From the IMG/VR virus record IMGVR_UViG_3300020180_000016, positions 1 through 64,000 of that record: a stretch of DNA of 64,000 bases; one strand, given 5' to 3'. The position numbers were made by a program, and so were the translations under genes. The DNA comes from a virus. Under the pieces are notes generated by a model. The model was not told where the DNA came from and made no database searches. It saw only the letters and a list, made by a program, of their open reading frames with translations. Positions 46,138 through 56,372 of the stretch are shown here, piece after piece (position 1 is the first letter of the stretch; the number at the start of each line of letters is the position of its first letter).

Positions 46138-49100
46138 ATGGTAGGTAGTCTTCACCATGGTAAAGGTGTGCAGTTGAAGACCAAAAACAAGAAGCGAGCG
46201 AAAGCCGCTCTGGGTTATCTGAAAGACGCTCTGGGTTATCTGGAGTCGGCTTTCTCTTCATTTGTAAAGATGGAGAAGAAGCGAGCCTTTGCAATCTATC
46301 AGAAAAAGGTTGCAGTCTCCGTCTTCCAAGCTCAGCAGAAAGAGCTTGAGGATGATCTGTCTGTTCGGGTGGCTGGATTCATTCGAGGTCAGATTGTTGA
46401 TGCTTCTAAGAATCTGATTTCGTCGGCAAAGGATTTTGAGGCTGGCGGCGAATCTAAATCTGTTAAGGGACTAGCACCGAAGGTCTTCAACCCACGAGAT
46501 TGGGATCTAGAGCTCATCCAGACTGTCGCCAAGCCGTTATCAGAAGCGGCTTGCAAGGCGATGGTGGCTCAGTCCATTGAGATGCGGTCTCAGATCAAAT
46601 CTTATAGTCGACTTGGATTCAAGGCATCAACAGCATCAGATTATCTTGATGCTCGAGAATTGCATTTCAAAGACTACCCTCTACCAACACCTTACGGTGA
46701 AGTCTTTATCCGCGTCCCTACGGAATTTCCGCCGTGGATGAAAGATGCAATCAAATCAAATCTCCAGGAGTCGTTCAACCAACCCTACTGGGCTGGAATC
46801 AATGATACGACGGATGGGGATATTGATGGGTTTCTTGAGCAGGCCATCACAGACGGAATGGCTCCTCGAGAGACGGCGAAGACGATGTTGCAGCGATATG
46901 GGTCGGATTACCCGATGACCCGCGGTTTGAATATCGCTCGCACAGAGTCTGGGAATGCACTCAACGGAGCTCGGTCGAAGTCGATGGATGCTCTCATCGA
47001 CGAACTAGGGATGGCCGATGTCATTAAGAAGGTGTGGCTGTCCGTCTTGAGTAAGACGACAAGAGACGAACATGCTCATCTAGACGGTGTGCCGGCGGCG
47101 AGTGATGGGACTTGGGTGTTGGCTGGGATTAAGATTCGATGGCCGAGTGATGTGCGGTTACCGGCTAGCCAGAGATGCAATTGTTTCTGCACGATCGTCT
47201 CTCAATTCGGAATGACGAATAGCACCGCCGACGAATTGATACAAGAATACAACGACATTACGACTAAAAGTTTCTGTCCGACGGGGCCGGGCGGTGGAGT
47301 GGATCCGACGTGTAGTCCAGGTAAATCCAAGACGAACCTTCTTAACATACCAACTGGGGTCGGTGCGGCTTCTTCCTACCATCAAGCCAATCTTAAATCG
47401 TTGCAGAAGATGATGGATAGTGGCGACCACACTACGGCCTTGGACACAGCTCAGAAATTGCATGACTTGAAGGTTGATCCTTTATATTCCAAAGCCTATC
47501 AAACAATCAAAGACGAAGTCGATTCTCAAGCCAACAAACCACCCGCCGGAGCAGTACCGACAACTGCGCCTGGAGTCTCATCCGGATCCAATTGGGTAAA
47601 GACCGGCCCTCAGCTAGGGACTGAAAAGGGCGGCACCTATGAGATGGGTGGTCAAAAGTTCTACGTGAAGCAGCCAGACAATCCTGATCGAGCTCTCAAT
47701 GAAGTGGTGGCTCTCAAGTTATATGCGGCGGCTGGTGCCCAGGCTGTAAACGGTCATATCGTAGACATTGACGGTAAGATTTCTGTGGCTACAGATTGGC
47801 TGGATTCTCAGAAAGCCAATTGGAAGGATCCATCCACGAGACAAGCGGCGGCCGAAGACTTTGCCGTTCATGCCTGGTTGAATAATCGAGACGCCGTCGG
47901 GGCTGGGTCAGAGAATCCGATGGATAATATCCGGATTGCTGACGGGCAGCCGGTGTTGGTCGACGCTGGTGGGTCATTGGCTTACTCAGGGATGGGTGGT
48001 AGTGGTAAGAAGATATTCGAAAAAGATGCCACCGTCGAATTCAACGCTATGCGAAATTCAGACATCAATCCGTCGATGGCTAAGGTGTTCGGAGATATGA
48101 CACCGGAGCAGCTCGTCAAATCGATTGATAAGCTGAAGAATATCGACGACCAGACCATTAATCAACTGGTAAATAAATACGGTCCTGGAAATACTGTCGA
48201 GAAAGCAATTCTAATCAATACCTTGATTGACCGCAAGAAGAGCTTGATCGACATGGGTGAGGCCATGAAGAAGGTATTGCAGCCCAAGGCGAACGATCCG
48301 CCACCAGCAGTACCTAAGGCCGCGGCCAAGAGTGGGGCTATGACGGTACCGCCGCCGCCAGCATTGACGTCGAAGTCTGCTCAGAGTTGGCAGGAGAAGA
48401 TGAATGCGATCTACGAGGCGTCTAAGACTGGAGACGTGAATAAGGTCCACCAAGCCGTCAAAGTCAACATGGAGGCTACCAGTCCGTATCCGAAGAAATT
48501 GGCTGAGTACAAAGCTCAGGTGATTGCCGCGATGCAGAGTGGTGGCGAGCCGCACACGAAGATTCCAGGTAAGGTGACACCGTCGCCGACACCAGATCTA
48601 CTCACCACCCTAAAGATTGATCCATCGAAATTTCTAAAGCCTCCGATATTTTCCTCGAAAGACTTCGCCAAGGTTGCAGAGAATCAAGCTACGGTGGCGA
48701 AGGCTTGGGATATGGCTGCGGCCGGAGATTTGGCTGGGCTTCAGTCTCTTCAATCAGCGTCTCCTAAGGTTCAGGCTTGGAAAGCTCAATTAACGTCTAC
48801 CGTCGCCGATCAGTTGAATCCCTCACCACCACAGAAATATCTAGTCCCAGACTTCGCTGATATAGTAGCCGCAGCACCCTCGGCGAAGTCACCAGTTCTA
48901 TCTAAGATTGGATACTGGAATGTTCTTGGGTCGGTGTCGGTGGCCGAAGAAGGTTATAGTGAGAGCCAGTATGCATCACCAGACGTGAAGGCTAAATTAC
49001 ACAACGACGGTGAATCTGTAGTTGTTAGTCTGGATCTTAGACCTCACGTCCAGTATTATACAGGTATTGGTTACCATGATATGAATGATTCTTTGCGAGA

Positions 49101-49497
49101 GAGTAAACCCACAGGTGAAGCCGCAGCTCTTGCACAGAAAATCATCAAGAGCGGAGTGTCTATTCCAGTTGGTACTAGACTGGAACGATCGCACAAGGAC
49201 CTGGGTGGGTGGGATAATGTTAAACCAGGCACGGTGATGACGGACAAAGGTATTCTTAGCACGTCGCTTTCTGAAAGAGATGGATTTAATGGATCTATTC
49301 GTCTTATCATGCAGGTAGGGTCTGGTGTGAAAGGTTTGCCGGTAAAGAATGTAAGTGGGTTCAAGCTCGAGGACGAGATTCTTTTGGCACCGAATCAACG
49401 GATTATGGTGACTAAGGTTGAGCCTGGGGTTTACGGCTCCAAATTAGTCCACGCTGTAATTCTTCCTACAGAAGATAACCAATGCTGCCCACCTTGA
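46138..49497 (+). CDS. MuF (Mu gpF/SPP1 gp7) head protein fused to kinase-like and ADP-ribosyltransferase domains; true start uncertain
   Basis: IARTE, KVWLS..TRDEH..LDG, NCFC; kinase-like FYVK..NEVVA..NRDAVG..N..VDAG; ART YT..Y..MNDSLR, R, STS, EDE. Confidence 0.85.
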   Translation: MVGSLHHGKGVQLKTKNKKRAKAALGYLKDALGYLESAFSSFVKMEKKRAFAIYQKKVAVSVFQAQQKELEDDLSVRVAGFIRGQIVDASKNLISSAKDFEAGGESKSVKGLAPKVFNPRDWDLELIQTVAKPLSEAACKAMVAQSIEMRSQIKSYSRLGFKASTASDYLDARELHFKDYPLPTPYGEVFIRVPTEFPPWMKDAIKSNLQESFNQPYWAGINDTTDGDIDGFLEQAITDGMAPRETAKTMLQRYGSDYPMTRGLNIARTESGNALNGARSKSMDALIDELGMADVIKKVWLSVLSKTTRDEHAHLDGVPAASDGTWVLAGIKIRWPSDVRLPASQRCNCFCTIVSQFGMTNSTADELIQEYNDITTKSFCPTGPGGGVDPTCSPGKSKTNLLNIPTGVGAASSYHQANLKSLQKMMDSGDHTTALDTAQKLHDLKVDPLYSKAYQTIKDEVDSQANKPPAGAVPTTAPGVSSGSNWVKTGPQLGTEKGGTYEMGGQKFYVKQPDNPDRALNEVVALKLYAAAGAQAVNGHIVDIDGKISVATDWLDSQKANWKDPSTRQAAAEDFAVHAWLNNRDAVGAGSENPMDNIRIADGQPVLVDAGGSLAYSGMGGSGKKIFEKDATVEFNAMRNSDINPSMAKVFGDMTPEQLVKSIDKLKNIDDQTINQLVNKYGPGNTVEKAILINTLIDRKKSLIDMGEAMKKVLQPKANDPPPAVPKAAAKSGAMTVPPPPALTSKSAQSWQEKMNAIYEASKTGDVNKVHQAVKVNMEATSPYPKKLAEYKAQVIAAMQSGGEPHTKIPGKVTPSPTPDLLTTLKIDPSKFLKPPIFSSKDFAKVAENQATVAKAWDMAAAGDLAGLQSLQSASPKVQAWKAQLTSTVADQLNPSPPQKYLVPDFADIVAAAPSAKSPVLSKIGYWNVLGSVSVAEEGYSESQYASPDVKAKLHNDGESVVVSLDLRPHVQYYTGIGYHDMNDSLRESKPTGEAAALAQKIIKSGVSIPVGTRLERSHKDLGGWDNVKPGTVMTDKGILSTSLSERDGFNGSIRLIMQVGSGVKGLPVKNVSGFKLEDEILLAPNQRIMVTKVEPGVYGSKLVHAVILPTEDNQCCPP

Positions 49498-49540
49498 TTG
49501 TCTGGGCTGTGTCGTATAGTCTGGACAGAAAGGTTTAGTC

Positions 49541-50071
49541 ATGCCTCGCGATTTAGAAAAAGAAGTCCTCTTCACACCTGCATTGGATGCGTCTAAGAGC
49601 GGGTACTATCTTGGAGACCGACGCACCGTTGAGCTGATTCTTCGGTTAGCGATTTCCGACATCATGGAACGAATGCTGACCGCCAAGACCGATGACGCGA
49701 AGAAAGATATCCTCAATTCGGTCATGACCAAATACGCCAAGATATTCCTTGGCAAGGTTTCTGAGTATCAGCCTCTTCGTCGATGGAACGAACCTGGTGG
49801 AATAGATGGATTCGTTGCCAAGTGGACAGGGTCTGCTGAAACTGATCCAATGGAGAGGGTGAGGCACGGTGTCTTGAAGTTGTATGGTGAGGTGTTGGAT
49901 TTGAACACCTACGCCAGCACACCCGGAATTCTCAAAGAGCAGTGGGAGTGGCAGCTCGATGCCATTTTCAATCGATACGCTGGGATATTCATTGGAATGT
50001 CTCCAGCCCAGCAGGAAGCCTTGACGTTATCCTCAACACCAGAGAAGAACAATGTCAGCAACGAAGAGTAG
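49541..50071 (+). CDS. Hypothetical protein, candidate immunity protein for the MuF toxin
   Basis: Immediately downstream of the ART domain; own TCGTATAGT motif at 49512. Confidence 0.5.
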   Translation: MPRDLEKEVLFTPALDASKSGYYLGDRRTVELILRLAISDIMERMLTAKTDDAKKDILNSVMTKYAKIFLGKVSEYQPLRRWNEPGGIDGFVAKWTGSAETDPMERVRHGVLKLYGEVLDLNTYASTPGILKEQWEWQLDAIFNRYAGIFIGMSPAQQEALTLSSTPEKNNVSNEE

Positions 50072-50387
50072 AGGTGAGGGTCGATGGGGTAAAGATTTCC
50101 TTCGACCATCGGATGTTGACACGGTTACTTTCAATGAAGAGTTGAAAGCCCGATTCATTCAACTTACCAAGGATTATCTCAAGGCTCGGAAGGTGCCGCT
50201 CAACATTCCGAAAGACTTGGATTCCGACATGCTGTTGTGGCGGACCTTGGCTGTCCGCCATGCAAAGGGAGACCGACGGCATACGCTTGATGAGAAGAAG
50301 GCGATGCCGAGAGTGGCCGAATGGACTCTTAGAGTGAAGGGGGATCTGACTGGACAAGAGCTACCAATTCCGGAATGGAGAAACTGA
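50052..50387 (+). CDS. Hypothetical protein
   Basis: GAGAAGAA leader. Confidence 0.55.
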   Translation: MSATKSRGEGRWGKDFLRPSDVDTVTFNEELKARFIQLTKDYLKARKVPLNIPKDLDSDMLLWRTLAVRHAKGDRRHTLDEKKAMPRVAEWTLRVKGDLTGQELPIPEWRN

Positions 50388-50776
50388 TGACATCTCCATT
50401 ATTAGGCGATTTGAATTCACAGCTCCAGGTAAATCCTGGAGATAGGATTCTGGCTCGGGTTAGTATTGACTTGACCCGAGATCAATATCGCAATCTGTAT
50501 CGACAGGTTCGTCGATTCCTCGGAGAAGACGTTCGGCTGTTGGTTGTCAATTGTTTGACGACTACGATTCTTCGACAACGTTTTAAGACTGAGAGACTGG
50601 CCGGGCCAGAAGACATTAAGATTGGCGGTAGTCCTAGGATAGTCTTGGACTGTTCCGTGATCGATTTGGTGTCGACAGATATATTGATGGTGATCTGTCA
50701 ATCGTCTGTCCTAGACAAGAAAGCAGATCAGATTCGTGAGTGGGCTGGTAAGGAGATCGCAGTTCGAGGTGTGTAG
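50387..50776 (+). CDS. Hypothetical protein
   Basis: TGATG coupling with the upstream gene. Confidence 0.5.
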   Translation: MTSPLLGDLNSQLQVNPGDRILARVSIDLTRDQYRNLYRQVRRFLGEDVRLLVVNCLTTTILRQRFKTERLAGPEDIKIGGSPRIVLDCSVIDLVSTDILMVICQSSVLDKKADQIREWAGKEIAVRGV

Positions 50777-50890
50777 GTTATCTGCCAGATTCGTGTAGAA
50801 TCTTTTGGATAGGTATTGTGGTAATATGAAGAGCCAGCTACTGTCAATATCAATCACTTTGTTGTCGACTCTGCCGAAGGATTTCGAGAG

Positions 50891-51364
50891 ATGGCCCACA
50901 AGAATAACGTGACGTTCGCTCTAGGGACACCTTTTGGCCTGACATCTCGGAACTTGGTCGTCCGCCGAATGGACCGAGCAGGGGATGTGCTCCCCATCTC
51001 AGCCGAGTACGACGACGACCTGGCCGGCGACGCAGAAAGTGCCGTCGTCGCTCTTCCGATCAACACCATCTGGCAGGCTCTTCTGACGGACACGAAGACG
51101 ACCGGTGAAGTATCCAGAACTCAGGTTCTTGGATTCAACACGTCCGAGCTTCAATTCCCCGGCCCGGCACTGCCGACGGGATTTGGAGTTTACGCGACGG
51201 AAGACTTGTCGAGCTCTTCGAGTTCGTCCAGTGATTCGTCCAGTTCCAGTTCGTCGTCGAGCTCGGTATCCAGTTCGTCGTCGAGCTCGGTATCCAGTTC
51301 CTCGCCGTCGTCGAATTCAAGTAGCTCATCGAACTCATCCAGTAGCTCGAGTTCGAGCAGCTAA
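50891..51364 (+). CDS. Virion-region protein with C-terminal poly-Ser tail
   Basis: Beta-rich domain followed by a Ser-dominated tract of about 50 residues. Confidence 0.7.
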   Translation: MAHKNNVTFALGTPFGLTSRNLVVRRMDRAGDVLPISAEYDDDLAGDAESAVVALPINTIWQALLTDTKTTGEVSRTQVLGFNTSELQFPGPALPTGFGVYATEDLSSSSSSSSDSSSSSSSSSSVSSSSSSSVSSSSPSSNSSSSSNSSSSSSSSS

Positions 51365-51379
51365 TCCTAGGGGATGTGA

Positions 51380-51691
51380 ATGGCGATGCGTCAGCCCGAT
51401 CAGTCCGTTGCCTTGCATGAGCAGGGTTTCAATAGTGTCATTCGATATCTCAAGATGTCGAGTCTTGACCGCGTGAAGGATCTCAACCGGCGATGTCTGG
51501 AGCAGATGCAAGCTCTTGGCTTGGAGCCGACTCCGGAAGCGGTCGTGGCGGGTATTCCGAACGGTAGCGATCATTCTGACATGGGGACTCTTCTCAATTG
51601 GTTGAGTCGCATTCAAATGAATGATGCTGACGGGGTTGCTCAGTTGCAAGCCTTGCAAGCCACGGCTCAGCACCGAATTGATGGGGTCTAA
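51380..51691 (+). CDS. Hypothetical protein
   Basis: ORF with SD GGGGA. Confidence 0.6.
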   Translation: MAMRQPDQSVALHEQGFNSVIRYLKMSSLDRVKDLNRRCLEQMQALGLEPTPEAVVAGIPNGSDHSDMGTLLNWLSRIQMNDADGVAQLQALQATAQHRIDGV

Positions 51692-51700
51692 TACCAATCC

Positions 51701-51991
51701 ATGTTCCTGTCCTACCAACAAGCAGACTGCACCTTGCCGGCCGTGCAAACGGCTTCGGCTTTCGACATCCCCAAGAATGCGTCTGGGGTGATGTTGCAGG
51801 CTCAAGGCGACGGGGACGTCAACTATACGATGGACGGAACTCAGCCTGGTGCATCGAGCGGGATGATTTTGCAGGCTGGATTGGCCCCCGAAGAGTTTCT
51901 TATCGAAGATTTTCTTCGAATTCGGTTTGTCAAGAGCGATGATGTGACGAAACTGAACGCTCATTTCTTTGGTGGCCGCGACATCAACTAG
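51701..51991 (+). CDS. Small beta-sandwich virion-type protein
   Basis: VMLQAQ..VNYTMDGTQP..SGMIL. Confidence 0.6.
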   Translation: MFLSYQQADCTLPAVQTASAFDIPKNASGVMLQAQGDGDVNYTMDGTQPGASSGMILQAGLAPEEFLIEDFLRIRFVKSDDVTKLNAHFFGGRDIN

Positions 51992-53395
51992 GTGAGCTTG
52001 GATACTGAAATGACTTTACAAGAGCTGCTGCAAGACGTCCGCTTTCGTCAGAAGGATAATCCGTTTGGTTACGGAATCCAGACGGCAGACCGGTTCACGA
52101 AGAATATCGAGGACTGCTGCGGCTCGAAGATGTGCTACCGTTTTGGTTCTACCAGATCGGATAGCTGGACGGATGTGATGCGGAAGGCGGCCAAGACGCT
52201 GACCTATCACAATCAAGAGATGATCCGCGAAGATGCCTTGGATCTCTCCGCCAGCCTCAAGACTTTCAAATCTGCCCTTGGGTCAGAAATTGAGCTGCCC
52301 AAGAATACGCTGTTGGTATTCAAGCACGTCATCACCACACCGACGAAAGATCGGGATGGCGACATACTGCGAACGGAAGGTGCGAAGCCTGACCCGAATA
52401 TGTGTGGATTGTTCAACCATGCCCACACCTTGCCGATCGGTAAGCACCTGGCAGTAGCCGAACACACGGCACGGAAATTGTCGTCGATCTCTGCGATTGT
52501 GGATGTGAATGATTTAGCCCACGACTCGGTTGTGATGATCGAGAATAAGATGGGCCGGTTCAGTCATGGATTTCGGGCGATCGACTTCGTCAAGAACAAA
52601 CAAGAATCGGGCGGTAAGGCTGCTGTTGGTTTTGACATCAAATCGTTCGAAATTATGGAGTGGTCCTTGGTGACCGTGCCGTCGAACGTGGATGCTCAGA
52701 CTGAAGAGATCCTGCTCGACCTGGTTTCGAAAGGCCAGTTGAAATCTCCGATCGTGAAAACGATGGGTCGCAAAATCAAAGAGAAGAGGCCGGCGTTTTC
52801 TGCAGGGGGTTTGCCAATCACTCTCAACATCAATGTCAAATCCGGTGGAGAAGAAAATGGCACCAAAGAAACCAAATGCGGCTGTGGGCAAAAACCAAAA
52901 GAAGAACAACAAAGCCCACGAGTCGAAGAAGATGACAAAGCCTCAGAATCGAAAGACGCCGACAGCGACGAAATGAAATGTCCCGAATGTGACGGGGCGA
53001 TGAAAGACGGTGTCTGCTCCAAATGCGGATACAAGGCTTCTGCTGAGAAGGGTGCCAAGGCTGGTCGGGTAATCAGCTCTTCCAATAAGGGCAAGTTGTC
53101 CACAGCCCGCGACCATCTCGAAGAAGTCTACAATAAAGAAGCTCTACTTTCCCGTGGTGGGAAGACTATGACCAAGGAAGCTCATAGGTTGGTATCAGAA
53201 GTGATTGACTCGGCGGAGGTTATGGATGCCCCGACCGAACGAACCTACACCGCCTCAGAGGCAATGGCCGTGTTCCTCGCCAAGTCTACTCAGATGGAAC
53301 GGGAACGGATGGCCACATCGTTGGTCGCTTTTAAGACTGTTGAGACCAACGAAAAGGTAGCTGCCGAAATGCAGGGACTTCTGGGTTTGAATTGA
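51992..53395 (+). CDS. Prohead protease (HK97-type) with C-terminal extension
   Basis: DRDGDI, LFNH..PIGK, FSHGF, EWSLVTVPSN. Confidence 0.88.
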   Translation: MSLDTEMTLQELLQDVRFRQKDNPFGYGIQTADRFTKNIEDCCGSKMCYRFGSTRSDSWTDVMRKAAKTLTYHNQEMIREDALDLSASLKTFKSALGSEIELPKNTLLVFKHVITTPTKDRDGDILRTEGAKPDPNMCGLFNHAHTLPIGKHLAVAEHTARKLSSISAIVDVNDLAHDSVVMIENKMGRFSHGFRAIDFVKNKQESGGKAAVGFDIKSFEIMEWSLVTVPSNVDAQTEEILLDLVSKGQLKSPIVKTMGRKIKEKRPAFSAGGLPITLNINVKSGGEENGTKETKCGCGQKPKEEQQSPRVEEDDKASESKDADSDEMKCPECDGAMKDGVCSKCGYKASAEKGAKAGRVISSSNKGKLSTARDHLEEVYNKEALLSRGGKTMTKEAHRLVSEVIDSAEVMDAPTERTYTASEAMAVFLAKSTQMERERMATSLVAFKTVETNEKVAAEMQGLLGLN

Positions 53396-53459
53396 TTCAC
53401 CGGCGGTCGGTAATTTTAGCAATCCCAGATTTTATAGCTGATACGAAAGGAGCACATTC

Positions 53460-55142
53460 GTGCGACTGTCAGCCATGTTGAAGAAATTCCTTGTCGACAA
53501 TTGCGGAGCCAAAGAGACCGCAACCGACGACGAATTTCGTGCGGCCGCCGGCGAGGCGTTTGCAGACGGTTCGTTGACTGCGGAAAAATATCAAGAACTC
53601 GTGACGACCAAGAGCGAGGCTGAGGCCGGCTCGATGCTGGGCTTCTTCAAGGGATTCGGCGATTCTTTGGCGGCCATTCGGAAAAGTCTGGAGCAGGATT
53701 CCGAAGAGGACGATGAAGAGGAAGACGATGAAGAGGAAGAGCCGGCCACCAAGAGCAAGAAGGGTGGCAAGGCTGCGACGAAGGCCACCAAGCAGCCCAG
53801 GACAAACCTGGAAAAGATGGTTACCCGTCTTGGAATGGGTTCGGCAAACGACGACGATGATGGCGACGATGGCGAGGAGAAGTCCTTCTCGGTTCGCGTC
53901 AAGAGTGTTGTCGAGAAATACGACGGCACCAAGTCGGCGGCCATCTATCCGTCGACGACGTCCAAGGGACGAGCTCATCCGTTGGCTGGTCAGCGGATGA
54001 CGGATTACAATGAGACCGGCTTCGCCCGTCCGCTGGACAATTCGTCCGAGCGGGACAAGGCCGTCGCCGGAGCCTACGGTCAGTTCATCGTCAACGTGGC
54101 CATCAAGAAGAGTCGCACCCTCGGTTTCATGTCCATGCCGGAAGAGAGTCGTGATCTCCTCCTATGGGCGATGGACAATGAGAAGTGGGGTGGGTCGACG
54201 GATGGTGGTCAGTTTGCTGACATTGCGGGTCGCAAGTTGACTCCGCATGAGCAGAAGGCCCTGATCGACGATGCGACGAGTGGTGGCCTTGAGGCTGCCC
54301 CTATCGTCTTCGACGACCAGATTATTCAGACTCCTCTGCTCAACGGCGAGCTCTACCCGTGGGTCAACACCAAGCCGCTTGATCGCGGTCGTCGCGTGGA
54401 AGGCGTGGCTACGGGAACGGTTACGTCGAGCTGGGGTGGTGTCGACGACACGGCCATCACGCTCTTCAATACCGCTTCATACGTCACGGCTTTCGACACC
54501 ACAATCTTCCGGTGGGAAGGTGCCATTCGGATTGGGTTGGACTTCCTCAGCGACACCCCCATCGACTTCAACGCCCATATCACCGAGCAATACGGTGAGC
54601 GGCTGCTGGAGGACTTGGACGACGTGATTGCGACCGGAAACGGCACGACCCAGCCAGAAGGTATCATGGTCAAGGCCGGAACGACGTCCATCAATTTCGG
54701 CGGCACGACGACGCTCGGTAACTATGAATCACTTCGATTCGGAGTTGCCAAGCCGGAGCACAAGGGAAGTGCGAAGGCATCCGCGGTCTTCTGTGGAACG
54801 GAAACGAGCTATATGCGAGCTCGTGCCATTCCCGTCGGTTCGTCCGACGCTCGTCGACTTGGTGGAAGCCAAGCCACAATCGGCGGTGTGACGGATTACA
54901 GCGATTACTCATGGATGGGCGTCCCGTACAAGATCAACGAGAGCATGACGAATGCCAAGGTCTTTTACGCGATTCTGGCTCGGTACCGGATGTACCGGCG
55001 GCGTGGGTTTACCATCCGCACCTCGACGGAAGGCGATACGCTTATCCGGAACAACGAGATGCTGATGGTGGCCATGGCTCGATACGGTGGTCAGCTTGAA
55101 CGTGGAGCCGTTGCCGCAGTGACGTCGACGGCTCCTGCGTAA
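53460..55142 (+). CDS. Major capsid protein (HK97 fold) with N-terminal scaffold-like domain
   Basis: SGGLEAAP, DFLSDT, GNGTTQPEGI, ARYGG; SD AAGGAG; followed by terminator. Confidence 0.9.
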   Translation: MRLSAMLKKFLVDNCGAKETATDDEFRAAAGEAFADGSLTAEKYQELVTTKSEAEAGSMLGFFKGFGDSLAAIRKSLEQDSEEDDEEEDDEEEEPATKSKKGGKAATKATKQPRTNLEKMVTRLGMGSANDDDDGDDGEEKSFSVRVKSVVEKYDGTKSAAIYPSTTSKGRAHPLAGQRMTDYNETGFARPLDNSSERDKAVAGAYGQFIVNVAIKKSRTLGFMSMPEESRDLLLWAMDNEKWGGSTDGGQFADIAGRKLTPHEQKALIDDATSGGLEAAPIVFDDQIIQTPLLNGELYPWVNTKPLDRGRRVEGVATGTVTSSWGGVDDTAITLFNTASYVTAFDTTIFRWEGAIRIGLDFLSDTPIDFNAHITEQYGERLLEDLDDVIATGNGTTQPEGIMVKAGTTSINFGGTTTLGNYESLRFGVAKPEHKGSAKASAVFCGTETSYMRARAIPVGSSDARRLGGSQATIGGVTDYSDYSWMGVPYKINESMTNAKVFYAILARYRMYRRRGFTIRTSTEGDTLIRNNEMLMVAMARYGGQLERGAVAAVTSTAPA

Positions 55143-55175
55143 TTGATTCGTAGCTAGGCTGGCCTAGCTCGCAAC

Positions 55176-55220
55176 CACCCGGCAGAGGGTAAATTCTTCT
55201 CCCCTCTGCCGGGTGTCTTT
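55176..55220 (+). terminator. Intrinsic terminator after the capsid gene
   Basis: 14-bp stem CACCCGGCAGAGGG/CCCTCTGCCGGGTG followed by TCTTT. Confidence 0.7.
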
Positions 55221-55269
55221 GAATGAGAAGATACCAGATTCATAGAGAGAAGAAAAGAGAGAAGAAAAC

Positions 55270-55854
55270 ATGGCATTAGTTGTGACAGAGACGGCAGGTG
55301 GCATTATCGTAGCTCCGTTTGCAATCCAAGCCAACCATCCCAGGATGTCGGATCTCTACATCCAGAGTATTCCTGGATGCCGGCTGCGATCGACGGTGTC
55401 GGCGATGCGGCCCGGCCCTCGAGGAATTCCGCTTGACCAGGCCCGCACATTGTCGATGATTCCGGAAGTGCCTGGAATGATCCTCGCCGTCAACCCAGCC
55501 AAGTTGGCTTATCAGATTTCTGATCCGTTGGTTGATGATCCGGAACTTCAATTGGCGATTGGTCGGTACCTTCGGCAACAGATGGGCTCGTCGAATGGGG
55601 CTGTCAAGGGAGTCCCGAAACTCGATGCCTACTTGGATGTTCATCGAATCAAGACGCTGGTACGTGAGATGGTTGCTCTGGTGAAGAGCAATGAGGCAAC
55701 CCTCAAGCACGGCTCACTTCCGGATGACTCGGATACTGACATGCTGCCGGGTAAGTTCCTTCTCAACCCAGGATCTCGTATCGCAAATCAGCAGCCGGTG
55801 TTCGAGGCTGATTGGGACGATTGGTTGCAGAATCTTGTCCGTGCCGGTGGGTGA
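55270..55854 (+). CDS. Hypothetical protein
   Basis: GAGAAGAA leader; position after the capsid gene. Confidence 0.65.
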   Translation: MALVVTETAGGIIVAPFAIQANHPRMSDLYIQSIPGCRLRSTVSAMRPGPRGIPLDQARTLSMIPEVPGMILAVNPAKLAYQISDPLVDDPELQLAIGRYLRQQMGSSNGAVKGVPKLDAYLDVHRIKTLVREMVALVKSNEATLKHGSLPDDSDTDMLPGKFLLNPGSRIANQQPVFEADWDDWLQNLVRAGG

Positions 55855-56372
55855 TGGCCGATTACAGTAAAGCCGTTGAGACTGCTCGGGCTCGTAGGTC
55901 AGCGAAGGCTGGAGCCCGAGCCGTCGAGATTGAGTGGTTCATTGACGAGGTTTGTGACAAGGTCAATCTCACTCTTAAACAGAGAGTGAAGTTGGCAGTT
56001 GAGCTGGTCCATTCCAAGATCACTAGCAACGTCTCAATCCCAGTTGTCCGCCAAGTCTATACCAGACACGAGAAGCCATTAAACTCGGACGGGACTGTTA
56101 ACCTGGCTGGTAAGGCCAAGAAGGTTTCCCGATCACGAGTTATTGAGAGGTCGAAGCCTGGAGAGTTTCCTCGGGCCGATTTGACGCAGTTGATGAAATC
56201 ATTATTCAGTGGAGTAGACGAACCTGTTAGAGGGTTCTACGATGGGTTTATCGGAACACCACTGGATTATGCTGTCGTGCTCGAGCTTCAAATGAACCGT
56301 TCGTTTCTGTTGCGAACGTTCAATGAAGAACGGTCTAAGGTGATGCGGATCCTATCAGGGCCGATCGCATGA
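55854..56372 (+). CDS. Neck protein (HK97 gp10-like)
   Basis: RSKPGEFP..L..S, GTPLDYAVVLE..RSFL. Confidence 0.7.
   Translation: MADYSKAVETARARRSAKAGARAVEIEWFIDEVCDKVNLTLKQRVKLAVELVHSKITSNVSIPVVRQVYTRHEKPLNSDGTVNLAGKAKKVSRSRVIERSKPGEFPRADLTQLMKSLFSGVDEPVRGFYDGFIGTPLDYAVVLELQMNRSFLLRTFNEERSKVMRILSGPIA

Noticed and set aside
46201-46242. 21-bp tandem duplication (KAALGYL/KDALGYL)
   Set aside because: Simple local duplication with no further support for a function
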